Source of the DNA: a virus
Lineage: Duplodnaviria > Heunggongvirae > Uroviricota > Caudoviricetes
Virus record (IMG/VR): IMGVR_UViG_3300048588_000114
Span: 15,309 to 79,308 of that record
Direction: 5' to 3' (one strand)
DNA length: 64,000 bases
The translations under genes were made by a program, and so were the position numbers. Within the stretch, counting starts at the first letter, position 1; every line of letters begins with the position of its first letter. The notes beneath the pieces were generated by a model. That model had not been told where the DNA came from. It searched no databases and saw nothing but the letters and a program-made list of their open reading frames with translations. Of the stretch, positions 18,773-27,650 are shown one piece after another.

Positions 18773-19309
18773 ATGAAAAAGAGCTATAAAACCTACCTCG
18801 ACAAGCTGATTGACTTAATCAACGTATCTAAGCTGGATAGCCGTAAACTTGAAGTATTAGAGGAGTTCGGCAGAAGAGAGGATTCTGAGTTACAATTTAC
18901 CATTGATAACAAGTATCTTAGCCAGCTCACTGCATTAGTTAACCAGAATTACACGCCTCACACTGCTGAAATCATGATCTTTCGCCAGTATGTCAAGGTC
19001 AACGGCAAGGAGTTTAAGCAAAAGTTTGAGATAGCTGGGGATTTATTGGCTGAGATAGACTGGGAGAGTGATTCTTACAGTACTTATACGGTACGTGGTA
19101 TAGTGATTGATGTAAAGAATGGTGTTTTGATCACTGAGAACATCGAGAACCACTACTATCCTAATCCAGCTGACCGATTCAAGATGGTTCAAGGCAAACA
19201 GTTCTATGGCTCAACCATCAAGCGGGTCTATTCCTTAGCTAACGTTAATTACCCCACTAAATATGAGGCAATCCAACCCGGATGCCCTAATAACAAAGCA
19301 AAGCAATGA
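18773..19309 (+). CDS. hypothetical protein
   Basis: ORF 18698-19309; ATG ~18773 (MKKSYKTY) follows upstream stop. Confidence 0.55.
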   Translation: MKKSYKTYLDKLIDLINVSKLDSRKLEVLEEFGRREDSELQFTIDNKYLSQLTALVNQNYTPHTAEIMIFRQYVKVNGKEFKQKFEIAGDLLAEIDWESDSYSTYTVRGIVIDVKNGVLITENIENHYYPNPADRFKMVQGKQFYGSTIKRVYSLANVNYPTKYEAIQPGCPNNKAKQ

Positions 19310-19803
19310 GATCAATCATATTCATAAAGAAAGTCATCGTCATTGTCAAGAGAATACTAAAGGACGAAGCTACCACCGATTATAGTATCAAGGAAAAGAG
19401 CCTTGTTTACTATGCTGAGGGAAAAGATAAGCCGCTTTTGACTGATTATAAGCCCTACATTGTAGAGGATATCAACTGGACATACCTTACTGCTGCTTGT
19501 ATCAGAAGTGAAACAAAGGAAGACACTCCTAATTTTAAACACGTGATCGTGTTTGTTAAGGTCATTCCATTAGCGTTATTAGTGACTAAGGAGACAATGG
19601 AGAGGAGGTTAGAGCGTGAGAAGACACACCAGACTAAGTCCATGGTGGCTAATTCGCTCAAGAATAAGAAAGTCTACTACTGCGACATGTGCGGCGGCAA
19701 GTATAACTCAGATCAATGTGAGAACGTAGTCTGTCCAGATTATGTATTGCCGCTGAGACGTGGAAACAGTGAGTATAAGGGCTGGAATGGTAATACAAGA
19801 TAG
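19306..19803 (+). CDS. hypothetical protein with C-terminal Cys cluster
   Basis: YYCDMCGGKYNSDQCENVVCPDY zinc-binding-like. Confidence 0.5.
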   Translation: MRSIIFIKKVIVIVKRILKDEATTDYSIKEKSLVYYAEGKDKPLLTDYKPYIVEDINWTYLTAACIRSETKEDTPNFKHVIVFVKVIPLALLVTKETMERRLEREKTHQTKSMVANSLKNKKVYYCDMCGGKYNSDQCENVVCPDYVLPLRRGNSEYKGWNGNTR

Positions 19804-19805
19804 GC

Positions 19806-20171
19806 ATGGACAGCGAATACAGACATATATGCGCCCGTTGTGGCCGTAACTCTACAGAGAAAGGCTGCTGGAGGGATGAAGATAGGTTCGACAATGGAGG
19901 CCCATGTGAATCTATCCAATGCTTTGTAATAACAGCCACTCCGGTAGATGTTATATCTACAGATATGCCTTGGGCCATCCGCAAGCGGGTTGAGCATGAT
20001 GTATTGATATTAGGTTCGGCTTTTGTTGAGAAGACCTATGTAGAGAAAGTTGTCCACGGCGAAAAGCTGAAGTTTACTAGGTGGATACACTATCCGGCTG
20101 AGCAAATGACCATCGGGCAGCTAAATACTTGGAGCAAGCGTAATGGTTTCACTAAATATCCTAACCAATGA
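19806..20171 (+). CDS. hypothetical protein with N-terminal CxxC
   Basis: 121 aa ORF, CARCGRN. Confidence 0.5.
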   Translation: MDSEYRHICARCGRNSTEKGCWRDEDRFDNGGPCESIQCFVITATPVDVISTDMPWAIRKRVEHDVLILGSAFVEKTYVEKVVHGEKLKFTRWIHYPAEQMTIGQLNTWSKRNGFTKYPNQ

Positions 20172-20557
20172 AAACATTAAAAGATAAAATCCTAGAAGCA
20201 TCAATGACGGTGATTGGAGAATTCGGCAAACCAAGGCCGCTCCTAATGACTAAATCAGGTAAAATAGTTGACATGGGTACTTTACAGCAAGTATTGCCTG
20301 AAGTTCAAGAGTTTTATGATAAACCAACCAATATGACTACAATAGAGCTATTAACTACCATGCGCCATAAAGGTGCGGCCTGGCAGAGCCAAGAAAAGGC
20401 AGAGGCCACTCTCATGAAACTCAAGATGCATCTAACTGAGGTGGAGTTCCGTGACTTACAGATCGCTCATAATCACTATCAAATAGGGGAAGGGGCAAGA
20501 GAGTTTTATGATGAGGTCAACAAACTTATAGAGAAATACACCAATAAAAAGGAATAA
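20168..20557 (+). CDS. hypothetical alpha-helical protein with HEPN-like Rx5H motif
   Basis: C-terminal EFRDLQIAHNHYQ fits R-x(4-6)-H; sits immediately upstream of an MNT-like nucleotidyltransferase. Confidence 0.45.
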   Translation: MKTLKDKILEASMTVIGEFGKPRPLLMTKSGKIVDMGTLQQVLPEVQEFYDKPTNMTTIELLTTMRHKGAAWQSQEKAEATLMKLKMHLTEVEFRDLQIAHNHYQIGEGAREFYDEVNKLIEKYTNKKE

Positions 20558-20560
20558 TTC

Positions 20561-21136
20561 ATGAAACAATTAGAACAATACATGGAAGCGTTTGGCCAGA
20601 TTATGGTCACGCTACAACATCCTAACAAGGAGCCTAACGTCATCATCGGGGGAAAATGGGCGTTGTGGCTTCACGGACTTAATATGTCTCAACCGCCAGC
20701 AGACCTGGATATCATCATTTACAACGCTAATCCACGCCAGCGGGCTATCTTTGAGAAGCTCAGAGAGAACGATATAGTTAGTGACCGTCCACGCCGGGCA
20801 GTGCAAGAGGTTGGCTATGAGGGTGATACCACTGTAAAAGTCATTAAACTGGAGAGCAACAACGGATTATTGGCAGACATAATCAAGGAAGAAGACACCC
20901 ACCCGGATGGCGTGGAAAGCCTTTTAACCTACCGTATAGGCAATACATCATGGCCTGTCCAATCAATCCGTAGGGTAATCGAGGCGAAGGCATCTTATAG
21001 CTTCTCTCACAGTGGAACGGAGCTACCTAAAGAAGAAGGTGAGCCAATCAAGCTACAGAAGTACATGCGCTCAAAGGACTTGATTGACTTCATTGATCTA
21101 AAGAATCTAAACTTCAATACAAAAAATGTCAAGTAA
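20561..21136 (+). CDS. minimal nucleotidyltransferase (Pol-beta superfamily, MNT-like)
   Basis: IGGKWALWLHGLNMSQPPADLDIIIY fits the GSxxxG...DxD nucleotidyltransferase signature. Confidence 0.5.
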   Translation: MKQLEQYMEAFGQIMVTLQHPNKEPNVIIGGKWALWLHGLNMSQPPADLDIIIYNANPRQRAIFEKLRENDIVSDRPRRAVQEVGYEGDTTVKVIKLESNNGLLADIIKEEDTHPDGVESLLTYRIGNTSWPVQSIRRVIEAKASYSFSHSGTELPKEEGEPIKLQKYMRSKDLIDFIDLKNLNFNTKNVK

Positions 21137-21365
21137 AGCGGCTGAACTCTGGCTTGTCGCTAACAACAAAGTGTATGATAAAGCCGACATTTACTATTCC
21201 CTTAGCGGGGCTTTCCCTTATGTGCAGGTGTCTTGGTCTCGCAATAGTGGCCCAGAGCCTCGAACTCATTCTCATCGTATTGATTTACCAAACTGGTTAG
21301 AGTTTTTAGGCGAACAGCTATTCATCTCCCAGTTCAAAGATACTATCAAAAAGAAGAAATCATGA
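21126..21365 (+). CDS. hypothetical small protein
   Basis: 79 aa ORF. Confidence 0.4.
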   Translation: MSSKAAELWLVANNKVYDKADIYYSLSGAFPYVQVSWSRNSGPEPRTHSHRIDLPNWLEFLGEQLFISQFKDTIKKKKS

Positions 21366-22525
21366 TCATAACTAAGAAAAGCAGATTGTTTAGCCAATTT
21401 GCGTCAATAAGTATCTGTAAAATAGCGTCCCGCCTAAAGTGCGATGCTCCAGCAACTGCCTATTTCATGGGCGCAGATGGTAAAGAAATCCGTTCAATTA
21501 ATGCTGAAATTAGGACGGGCTACGGTCTCCGGGCTTGGACAATCAATCATTTACTTGACTGGTTGATGAAGGAAAAGAAAATACTCATCCATATTGATCT
21601 AAGCTACGGTGTATTTAAGAGAACTTTCACTGGCAAGGTCTATTCCATAAACAAGCATGGCGGCTCTGTGAGTGTGAACTCAATGGTTCATAGTTCACCT
21701 AATTCAAGAACTGTAGTAGTCAAAACACTCCTGTGGACTTTAAAACACCTTGAGCAGCAATTAGTCATTGAGGCTCTAAAACCGGGAGAAATATTAGGTC
21801 GCACAACTCCTGATAAGCCTAAAGTTGATTGGCGTGATAAGGCAATGGATAATATGCATGGTCATCATCAAATTGCTGATGTTGTAAAGAAAGTAACAAA
21901 GAAATATGTCGGAAAGCCAAACACGCCAATAAACCGGGTGCGAATTAAAAGAGACGTAAAGAAAGCCGTAACAGAGGAATTAGGGCTTGATAATATTGCC
22001 CGTAATGCCGCTGCTAAGCTCAACACAAAGGTTGGGCCACTTAAAGGATTTAAGGTGCCTAAAGGCAAGATTTCAGACAAGCCGGGCATGATTAAGCCGC
22101 TCATTGAAGGAAATATTAAGCCGGGGAAGTCATCTATCATTGGTCATATCTCAAAGACAGTCAAGAACAAGAAAGGAATCATTATCACTGCTGAGTTAAA
22201 CAAGACCGGGATGGATTTAGTTGATAAAATTAAGACCGGGCCTATTAGAAAGGGAGATTCCGTGAAAAGAAAAGTAGGTGATAAATTTCAACCAGACCCA
22301 GATAAAGGCAAAGTCATTAGTATCAGCAGAGGCAAAGCAAAAGTGAGGTGGCCCAAAGGCTCTCACCGTCTATCTTCAACAGAAAAATTCTTAATGATGG
22401 GAACATTTAAGAAAGCCACTGTAACTATTCATCCATTAGAAAGACTAATTAAATGCGATGATTCAAAGCCTAAGAAGCCAAAAGACCCTAATGCTCATAT
22501 GTTAAACGGCTGTCAAGCATTGTAA
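21362..22525 (+). CDS. hypothetical lysine-rich basic protein
   Basis: 387 aa, K/R-rich (possible nucleic-acid binding). Confidence 0.55.
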   Translation: MIITKKSRLFSQFASISICKIASRLKCDAPATAYFMGADGKEIRSINAEIRTGYGLRAWTINHLLDWLMKEKKILIHIDLSYGVFKRTFTGKVYSINKHGGSVSVNSMVHSSPNSRTVVVKTLLWTLKHLEQQLVIEALKPGEILGRTTPDKPKVDWRDKAMDNMHGHHQIADVVKKVTKKYVGKPNTPINRVRIKRDVKKAVTEELGLDNIARNAAAKLNTKVGPLKGFKVPKGKISDKPGMIKPLIEGNIKPGKSSIIGHISKTVKNKKGIIITAELNKTGMDLVDKIKTGPIRKGDSVKRKVGDKFQPDPDKGKVISISRGKAKVRWPKGSHRLSSTEKFLMMGTFKKATVTIHPLERLIKCDDSKPKKPKDPNAHMLNGCQAL

Positions 22526-22527
22526 TT

Positions 22528-22962
22528 ATGGAGTTTATAGAAATAGACCCGCTAAATCCACTACCTTTAGGGGAAGTATTAGCCACCGATGGCAATGGCC
22601 TCTATCTACTGGGTGAATTACATCGTGTGAACTTAGGCAATATCATATGTATTGGTAATAAAGAGGAGCTACCACGTGTAACTCACTATCTCATACCGGA
22701 GAAACCAATCAAGAAAGTCCTACTACCTCCACGTGAGCAGCCATATAATCAGATTGTGGCTAACCTAAGCCTACTAAAGTCTCACGGACTTATTAAATCA
22801 ACCGGGCGCAAGCGTTTCATGATCATAGGAGACATCCCAGCGGACATGAAATGTAGCCGCAAGAAGGCCACAGAGGAACCACAGTTATCTACCACCGATG
22901 AACGAACAGAAAATAATTCACCGGACTTATCTGAACAGGCCACGGAAGAAGGGCATGGGTGA
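22528..22962 (+). CDS. hypothetical protein
   Basis: 144 aa ORF. Confidence 0.5.
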   Translation: MEFIEIDPLNPLPLGEVLATDGNGLYLLGELHRVNLGNIICIGNKEELPRVTHYLIPEKPIKKVLLPPREQPYNQIVANLSLLKSHGLIKSTGRKRFMIIGDIPADMKCSRKKATEEPQLSTTDERTENNSPDLSEQATEEGHG

Positions 22963-23179
22963 TACAGGCATATACGTGAAGTTCACTAATAACGCAGGTG
23001 AAACAATACACGGCAAAGTCCTGAATAAAGACCAAACCACCGAACTCGCTAAGAAGAACTTGGTAGCTTTGCTTGTTATGAATGAGGATTATAGTAAGCA
23101 TCTATTCACCTCTCAAGGCAAGCTATTGAGAATGCTTGTGAAAGCTAGTAAATTACAACTAACAGGCTATATAAACTAA
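22955..23179 (+). CDS. hypothetical small protein
   Basis: ORF 22898-23179; ATG 22955 (MGDTGIYVKF) overlaps upstream stop by 8 nt. Confidence 0.4.
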   Translation: MGDTGIYVKFTNNAGETIHGKVLNKDQTTELAKKNLVALLVMNEDYSKHLFTSQGKLLRMLVKASKLQLTGYIN

Positions 23180-23460
23180 TGAAAAAGCCAAAAGCAGAAG
23201 ATTTCATATTCCCAAATGATCCAACTGGAGCTAAGCAATGGGCAGCATACTCTAAAGCTAAGGCTGAATGGAGGCTTGCGAAAAAGAACGATGAAGTGGT
23301 GGTTGATAGTGAAATTAAACGCTTGAAGAAGAAAATCAATGATATAGCTGATGGGCCAGCTTTAGAATATAATTGTCCATATAGTAAGGATTCTAAGTTC
23401 TGTGAACATTATCAAAAATCAGCGATGAAATGTATAGAGTGTATAGGTCATGAAAGCTAA
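23179..23460 (+). CDS. hypothetical protein with Cys cluster
   Basis: 93 aa; CPYSKDSKFCEHY...CIECIGH. Confidence 0.45.
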   Translation: MKKPKAEDFIFPNDPTGAKQWAAYSKAKAEWRLAKKNDEVVVDSEIKRLKKKINDIADGPALEYNCPYSKDSKFCEHYQKSAMKCIECIGHES

Positions 23461-23580
23461 GAAAAAGAAAGCCCTGAAGAAGGCAAAGAAGCTAATTAGT
23501 AGAGTTACCGGGCCATGGGAAGGTCATGAAACTGAGCATAAACTCTTTAAGATACTAAAGAAACTAAGCAAAGCGATATA

Positions 23581-24057
23581 ATGGAAATAGTCATACATAC
23601 CGGAACCCTAAAGAACTTAGGGCCAAATTGGTGGATGGTGGAGCATAAAGGCATATCCTACAATGTAAGCAGCGGCTCAATGGAGATGATTGAGTTGGGA
23701 ACTCTAAAAGACGGCGATGATGTTCAATTTTGGATCATCAACAGTCCAGCAGAAACTAAGAGTATAATGCCTGACTGGGTGTGTCTACGCTGTCCTCACT
23801 GCCATAATTATGGTGATGCTGGTAAACATCCGCATATTCAGAATAAGCATATCCTACAATTTAACAATGAAATGATTGACTTATCCCATCCGGCTTGGGC
23901 AAGGCTGGAGGTATTGGATGATAAAGGCGTTGTTATTCCTAATGTCGTGTGTCTTAATACAAAGACGTTAATGGCGACACTTAGAGGAGTTACAGAAGGA
24001 GGAATGATTGGAACTTGGGAAAAGCAATTAGAAAACATAACATTTAGACTAAGATAG
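23581..24057 (+). CDS. hypothetical protein with CxxC...HCH zinc-binding motif
   Basis: WVCLRCPHCHNYGD. Confidence 0.5.
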   Translation: MEIVIHTGTLKNLGPNWWMVEHKGISYNVSSGSMEMIELGTLKDGDDVQFWIINSPAETKSIMPDWVCLRCPHCHNYGDAGKHPHIQNKHILQFNNEMIDLSHPAWARLEVLDDKGVVIPNVVCLNTKTLMATLRGVTEGGMIGTWEKQLENITFRLR

Positions 24058-24543
24058 ATGAAAATCCTTGCCATCCTTCAGAACGCCTACTCTGACCCAC
24101 GCAGGGCGGTTCTCCTTCGTGAGATGCTGTCCTTTGTAATCAATCCGGAAAACCTCACTGGTAAGAAACTCTATCGTATTACGGCGGGGCATGAATTACG
24201 TGTAGCGAACGCCTGTCCTGAAGTTTTCCATACCGTTGCGGAAACAGGAAAAACAGACCTTGAGAGACTGAAGAAATCAATCAAAGAATATGATTATGAC
24301 CTGTATATTAGTTGCGGTAAGCAATCTAATCATGCCTGTATAGCTATTATTGATGCTTTCAAAGGCAAACCATTAATCATAATGCCTCATCCAGCATCTA
24401 GAAACCTAACGAACGCACTGCTTGATGCCGTTAAAAAGAGTATTGTATTAGTGAAACCTAATCAGGTGTATGAGTTTATGCAAGAGAAAGGCCGTCACCG
24501 CTTAGTGATATCTAATAAAACATTTGAGAAATATGATGTTTAG
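24058..24543 (+). CDS. hypothetical protein
   Basis: 161 aa; start overlaps upstream stop (TAGATG). Confidence 0.5.
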   Translation: MKILAILQNAYSDPRRAVLLREMLSFVINPENLTGKKLYRITAGHELRVANACPEVFHTVAETGKTDLERLKKSIKEYDYDLYISCGKQSNHACIAIIDAFKGKPLIIMPHPASRNLTNALLDAVKKSIVLVKPNQVYEFMQEKGRHRLVISNKTFEKYDV

Positions 24544-24613
24544 CGGCTTAGCTAAGGGCCACAAAATTAATCATGCTGAAATTCAACGTTTTACCCATTA
24601 AAGCAAAAATAAA

Positions 24614-24645
24614 TTTGGTTTCTGTGTAAAGATCGCTTAACTTAG
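24614..24645 (+). promoter_or_regulatory. Bacteroidetes-type promoter (TTTG, 20 nt spacer, TAACTTAG)
   Basis: AAATAAATTTGGTTTCTGTGTAAAGATCGCTTAACTTAGTGG upstream of ATG 24673; near-identical to the copy at 42223. Confidence 0.55.
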
Positions 24646-24672
24646 TGGTCATAAACTTAAAACAAGCAAATC

Positions 24673-25893
24673 ATGAAAACAACAATTACAACGATAATCT
24701 TAGTGTTATCAATCAGCCTACGGGCTCAAACCTGCTCAATTGGCGCTTCTCCCATGTTCCAGAACGTCAACTGTCAACTGTCCTCAATACAGGGAGTTAC
24801 CATTTCATCCACTCCAGCCAATGTCTCCTACACGATTTACAATCCAAGCGGGACTTCATTTACATCCGGCGCTAATACTACGGTATATCAGCCACTCGGA
24901 ACTGGCTCATATACAGTTAAGTTGCTGGATATAAATACTGGATGCACTAACACCGCTCAGTTCGCAGTTGCTTCTGCTGACGTTTATCCTACTTACACCC
25001 TATCGCCTTCGTCATTTGTATTAGGCTGTGCGCCTAAAGACGTGTTTATTCTGGGCATAACAACCACTACTTCATCAGGTGCTCCGACATATACGGTGCT
25101 TTCTCCGGGTAGCCCTACAGCGGTTCCGAACGCCCCACTCGGCATTCAGAATAATTATAACATCAACTCAACTGGAGTTTGGACAGTAATTGTTAGAGGT
25201 AACAATGGTTGCCAAACACGTGTGCCTATTACAGTGACTGAAAATACTATTGCTCCGACCTTTTCAGTGTCGGCGTTTATAAGCACCTTGACCTGCTCAC
25301 AGCCTACTACCTCTATTGCGGGGACTTCTTCAGCACAGGTAAATTATGTGTGGGCAGGTCAAACAACTACTGTTACAGGTGGAATGCTCACCGTATCCAC
25401 CAATACAGCTATCCCTTCTAATGGTCTGATTAACAGCTACACGCTCAATGTGATTGACGCTAATAACGGCTGTACTTCAAGCACTATCTTGCCTGTATAT
25501 CAGAATATAACCACTCCTACACTGAATATCGGGTCTACATATACGTTAGATTGTTGGTCTAACTCAGTATTGATTGACCCAATTAATCCTAACCTAAATT
25601 ACAATTTCAGCTGGACAGGAGGCATAAATACACCATCTTTATCCGTGACTGCTCCCGGAGGCTATACACTTCAAACTACTAATCCTACAAACGGATGCTC
25701 ATTGATGAGTTCGGTGACCGTGTACACCTGTCAGAGCGTAGGAATTGAAGAATATGCGCTTGATCCAAATGCGGTATTCTCCTATACAGACCTAATGGGC
25801 CGTCCGATGGATAAAGCCTTTAATGTCCCGATGATAGAGTGGGTAAAGGTGGGAGACAGAATATTGAGCCGTAAATTACTAATTCAAAACTAA
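24673..25893 (+). CDS. secreted SprB-repeat protein with short T9SS-type C-terminal tail
   Basis: Signal peptide MKTTITTIILVLSISLRAQ, then five ~80 aa Cys-framed repeats (e.g. YNFSWTGG...GGYTLQTTNPTNGCSLMSSVTV) resembling SprB repeats, ending in VKVGDRILSRKLLIQN. Confidence 0.6.
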   Translation: MKTTITTIILVLSISLRAQTCSIGASPMFQNVNCQLSSIQGVTISSTPANVSYTIYNPSGTSFTSGANTTVYQPLGTGSYTVKLLDINTGCTNTAQFAVASADVYPTYTLSPSSFVLGCAPKDVFILGITTTTSSGAPTYTVLSPGSPTAVPNAPLGIQNNYNINSTGVWTVIVRGNNGCQTRVPITVTENTIAPTFSVSAFISTLTCSQPTTSIAGTSSAQVNYVWAGQTTTVTGGMLTVSTNTAIPSNGLINSYTLNVIDANNGCTSSTILPVYQNITTPTLNIGSTYTLDCWSNSVLIDPINPNLNYNFSWTGGINTPSLSVTAPGGYTLQTTNPTNGCSLMSSVTVYTCQSVGIEEYALDPNAVFSYTDLMGRPMDKAFNVPMIEWVKVGDRILSRKLLIQN

Positions 25894-25896
25894 AAT

Positions 25897-26082
25897 ATGG
25901 GGAATATAACCGAAGATTTCCTGAATGAACCAGTATCGTTAGAGACCAAGCTAAAAGTCTCTAACGATATGGCATTTATGAGCCTAGTCACTGACTTAGG
26001 TTACCGGACAGGAATGTGGTCACCGGAGGAAGAAGAGACCTATAAAAAGTTGATGAAGAAGGAATCAAGGACACAGCGATGA
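25897..26082 (+). CDS. hypothetical small protein
   Basis: 61 aa ORF. Confidence 0.4.
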   Translation: MGNITEDFLNEPVSLETKLKVSNDMAFMSLVTDLGYRTGMWSPEEEETYKKLMKKESRTQR

Positions 26083-26175
26083 TGCCGGCAAACCATCACT
26101 GCGACATAGAGCGAATAATGGATTTGATCAAATATATGCGTCAGCGTTTAGATAAAACAGAAGAAAATTTGAAAA

Positions 26176-26460
26176 ATGGAAACAACGAGACCGAAGGACT
26201 TTGACCCACAGGCTATTGTAGACGCCCTCAACGGGACGGCTAATGATATTCAGGAGGCTCTGGATGACTATTATCCGGGAATGCTAGATACAGACATGTT
26301 ATCGACAGATCATGATATCATTGATAATCAGATTTTCAAGTGTTCCTGTTGTGGCTGGTGGTGTGAAATCCACGAAGCCGTAGAGAACGATGGTGGGAGC
26401 GAAGATATATGTACGGACTGTAAAGATGAAGGTGATGATGGAACCGACGAAGAAGAGTGA
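26176..26460 (+). CDS. highly acidic small Zn-ribbon protein (DNA-mimic-like candidate)
   Basis: 94 aa, about 30 percent D/E, with CSCCGWWC...CTDC cysteine pairs. Confidence 0.5.
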   Translation: METTRPKDFDPQAIVDALNGTANDIQEALDDYYPGMLDTDMLSTDHDIIDNQIFKCSCCGWWCEIHEAVENDGGSEDICTDCKDEGDDGTDEEE

Positions 26461-26782
26461 GGAAAAGCCTAAAATCCTATTAATTGATGACGATATTAGC
26501 CCTAATTTAAAGGCTTTAGCGGAATTACATTGTTATTTCAAGCAATTAGCTTTAGAATCAGTAGGCATACCAGCAGATAAGATTGACTTTAAGATTAGGA
26601 AAGTAGATGATGCGAATGTTGCGATAGACTGCTCATTTATGCCGCCTAAGCCAGTAAATAGGATTTTCATTAAGGGTTTTGTCTTTAATATCCACAAGGA
26701 ACTAAGAATCAAAGCAAAGCGACCTAAATGCACCCCTAACAGACGGCTTCGTGAAATTGTGAAGCAAATATATGGGTGCTAA
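26426..26782 (+). CDS. hypothetical protein
   Basis: ORF 26390-26782; an internal ATG (26426 or 26435) is the likely start, overlapping the acidic gene's end. Confidence 0.45.
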   Translation: MKVMMEPTKKSEEKPKILLIDDDISPNLKALAELHCYFKQLALESVGIPADKIDFKIRKVDDANVAIDCSFMPPKPVNRIFIKGFVFNIHKELRIKAKRPKCTPNRRLREIVKQIYGC

Positions 26783-26895
26783 TGCTTTCTTGTGGAGTGA
26801 GACAATAAAAGTATTGACCCGGAGGTAAAAGAGCAGGAGAAGCAAAATAAATTGGTGAATTCGACCAGTTATAGATCAACCTTAAACTAATTAAT

Positions 26896-27210
26896 ATGAC
26901 CGGAGATATCAAAACACAAATGCTGCCTCAAGAAATTGAGGATAAAATTAGAGCCGCTATGCCAGAATGGATAGAGCCGGGAACTTATGAAGAGGCTAAA
27001 GCCTATTTTGAATTAGGAGAGCCTAAGATGAAAATGGAAGTGCTCCAAGACGCAGAAAAGTTTAAAGGTGCTATCACTGACGTTAGGACTACTGAAGATC
27101 AATCTGTAATCATCTCAGTAGCTACTCCTCCAGGAAAAACAGAAAAAGATTGTTGGAATGCCCTATTTAGAGCAGGCATTGATGAAATGATTAGGAGACA
27201 AAACTCCTAA
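26896..27210 (+). CDS. hypothetical protein
   Basis: 104 aa ORF. Confidence 0.5.
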   Translation: MTGDIKTQMLPQEIEDKIRAAMPEWIEPGTYEEAKAYFELGEPKMKMEVLQDAEKFKGAITDVRTTEDQSVIISVATPPGKTEKDCWNALFRAGIDEMIRRQNS

Positions 27211-27239
27211 AACACAAGGAGTGCGAGCCTTGAACCTCC

Positions 27240-27395
27240 CAGTTTGAGCGCATTGTAAGCGGGGCAGGCAACCTTAGCAGTTCACTGAGCCCCGCCCTTA
27301 CTAAGAAGTCAGGTACAGCAGTGGGGGCTAACCCATGAGCGTTGTAGGATTGGTAGTTTTCCCAACCGATGACCAATGTGTGTGGCTGGCCTGAC
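27240..27395 (+). ncRNA. candidate structured non-coding element (GC-rich multi-hairpin in a 230 bp ORF-free gap)
   Basis: Nested stems AGTCAGG...CCTGACT and GCGGGGC...GCCCCGC with TGGG..CCCA and TTGG..CCAA inner stems, followed by a TTTCTTTATT T-run. No credible ORF. Confidence 0.25.
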
Positions 27396-27440
27396 TTTCT
27401 TTATTATTAGACAGTTAAGAAAGTAACTAAATGATGAACT

Positions 27441-27650
27441 ATGTTGGTTACTATACTCAAAGACGGCAGAACGGCCAAGGCGCTAACCTCCGGCAAAGTT
27501 TTTATAATTCAAGGACTTCTAATACAGACAAAACGCCAATTAGACCCAGTGTTTTACTCAATGGAAGACAGATTGACTCAACTAATTTGTAGCCCCGGTA
27601 CTATACACAAAGCAACAGCATTATCAAACCGCAAAATAAATATCATATGA
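27441..27650 (+). CDS. hypothetical small protein
   Basis: 69 aa ORF. Confidence 0.35.
   Translation: MLVTILKDGRTAKALTSGKVFIIQGLLIQTKRQLDPVFYSMEDRLTQLICSPGTIHKATALSNRKINII

Noticed and set aside
24645-24934. Alternative-frame ORFs 24645-24875 and 24740-24934 at the 5' end of the SprB-repeat gene
   Set aside because: Overlap the promoter and the signal-peptide region of the well-supported 24673 frame.
27211-27440. tRNA in the GC-rich intergenic region
   Set aside because: No cloverleaf could be drawn: no GTTCRANYC T-loop, no 7-bp acceptor pairing with a CCA-proximal end.
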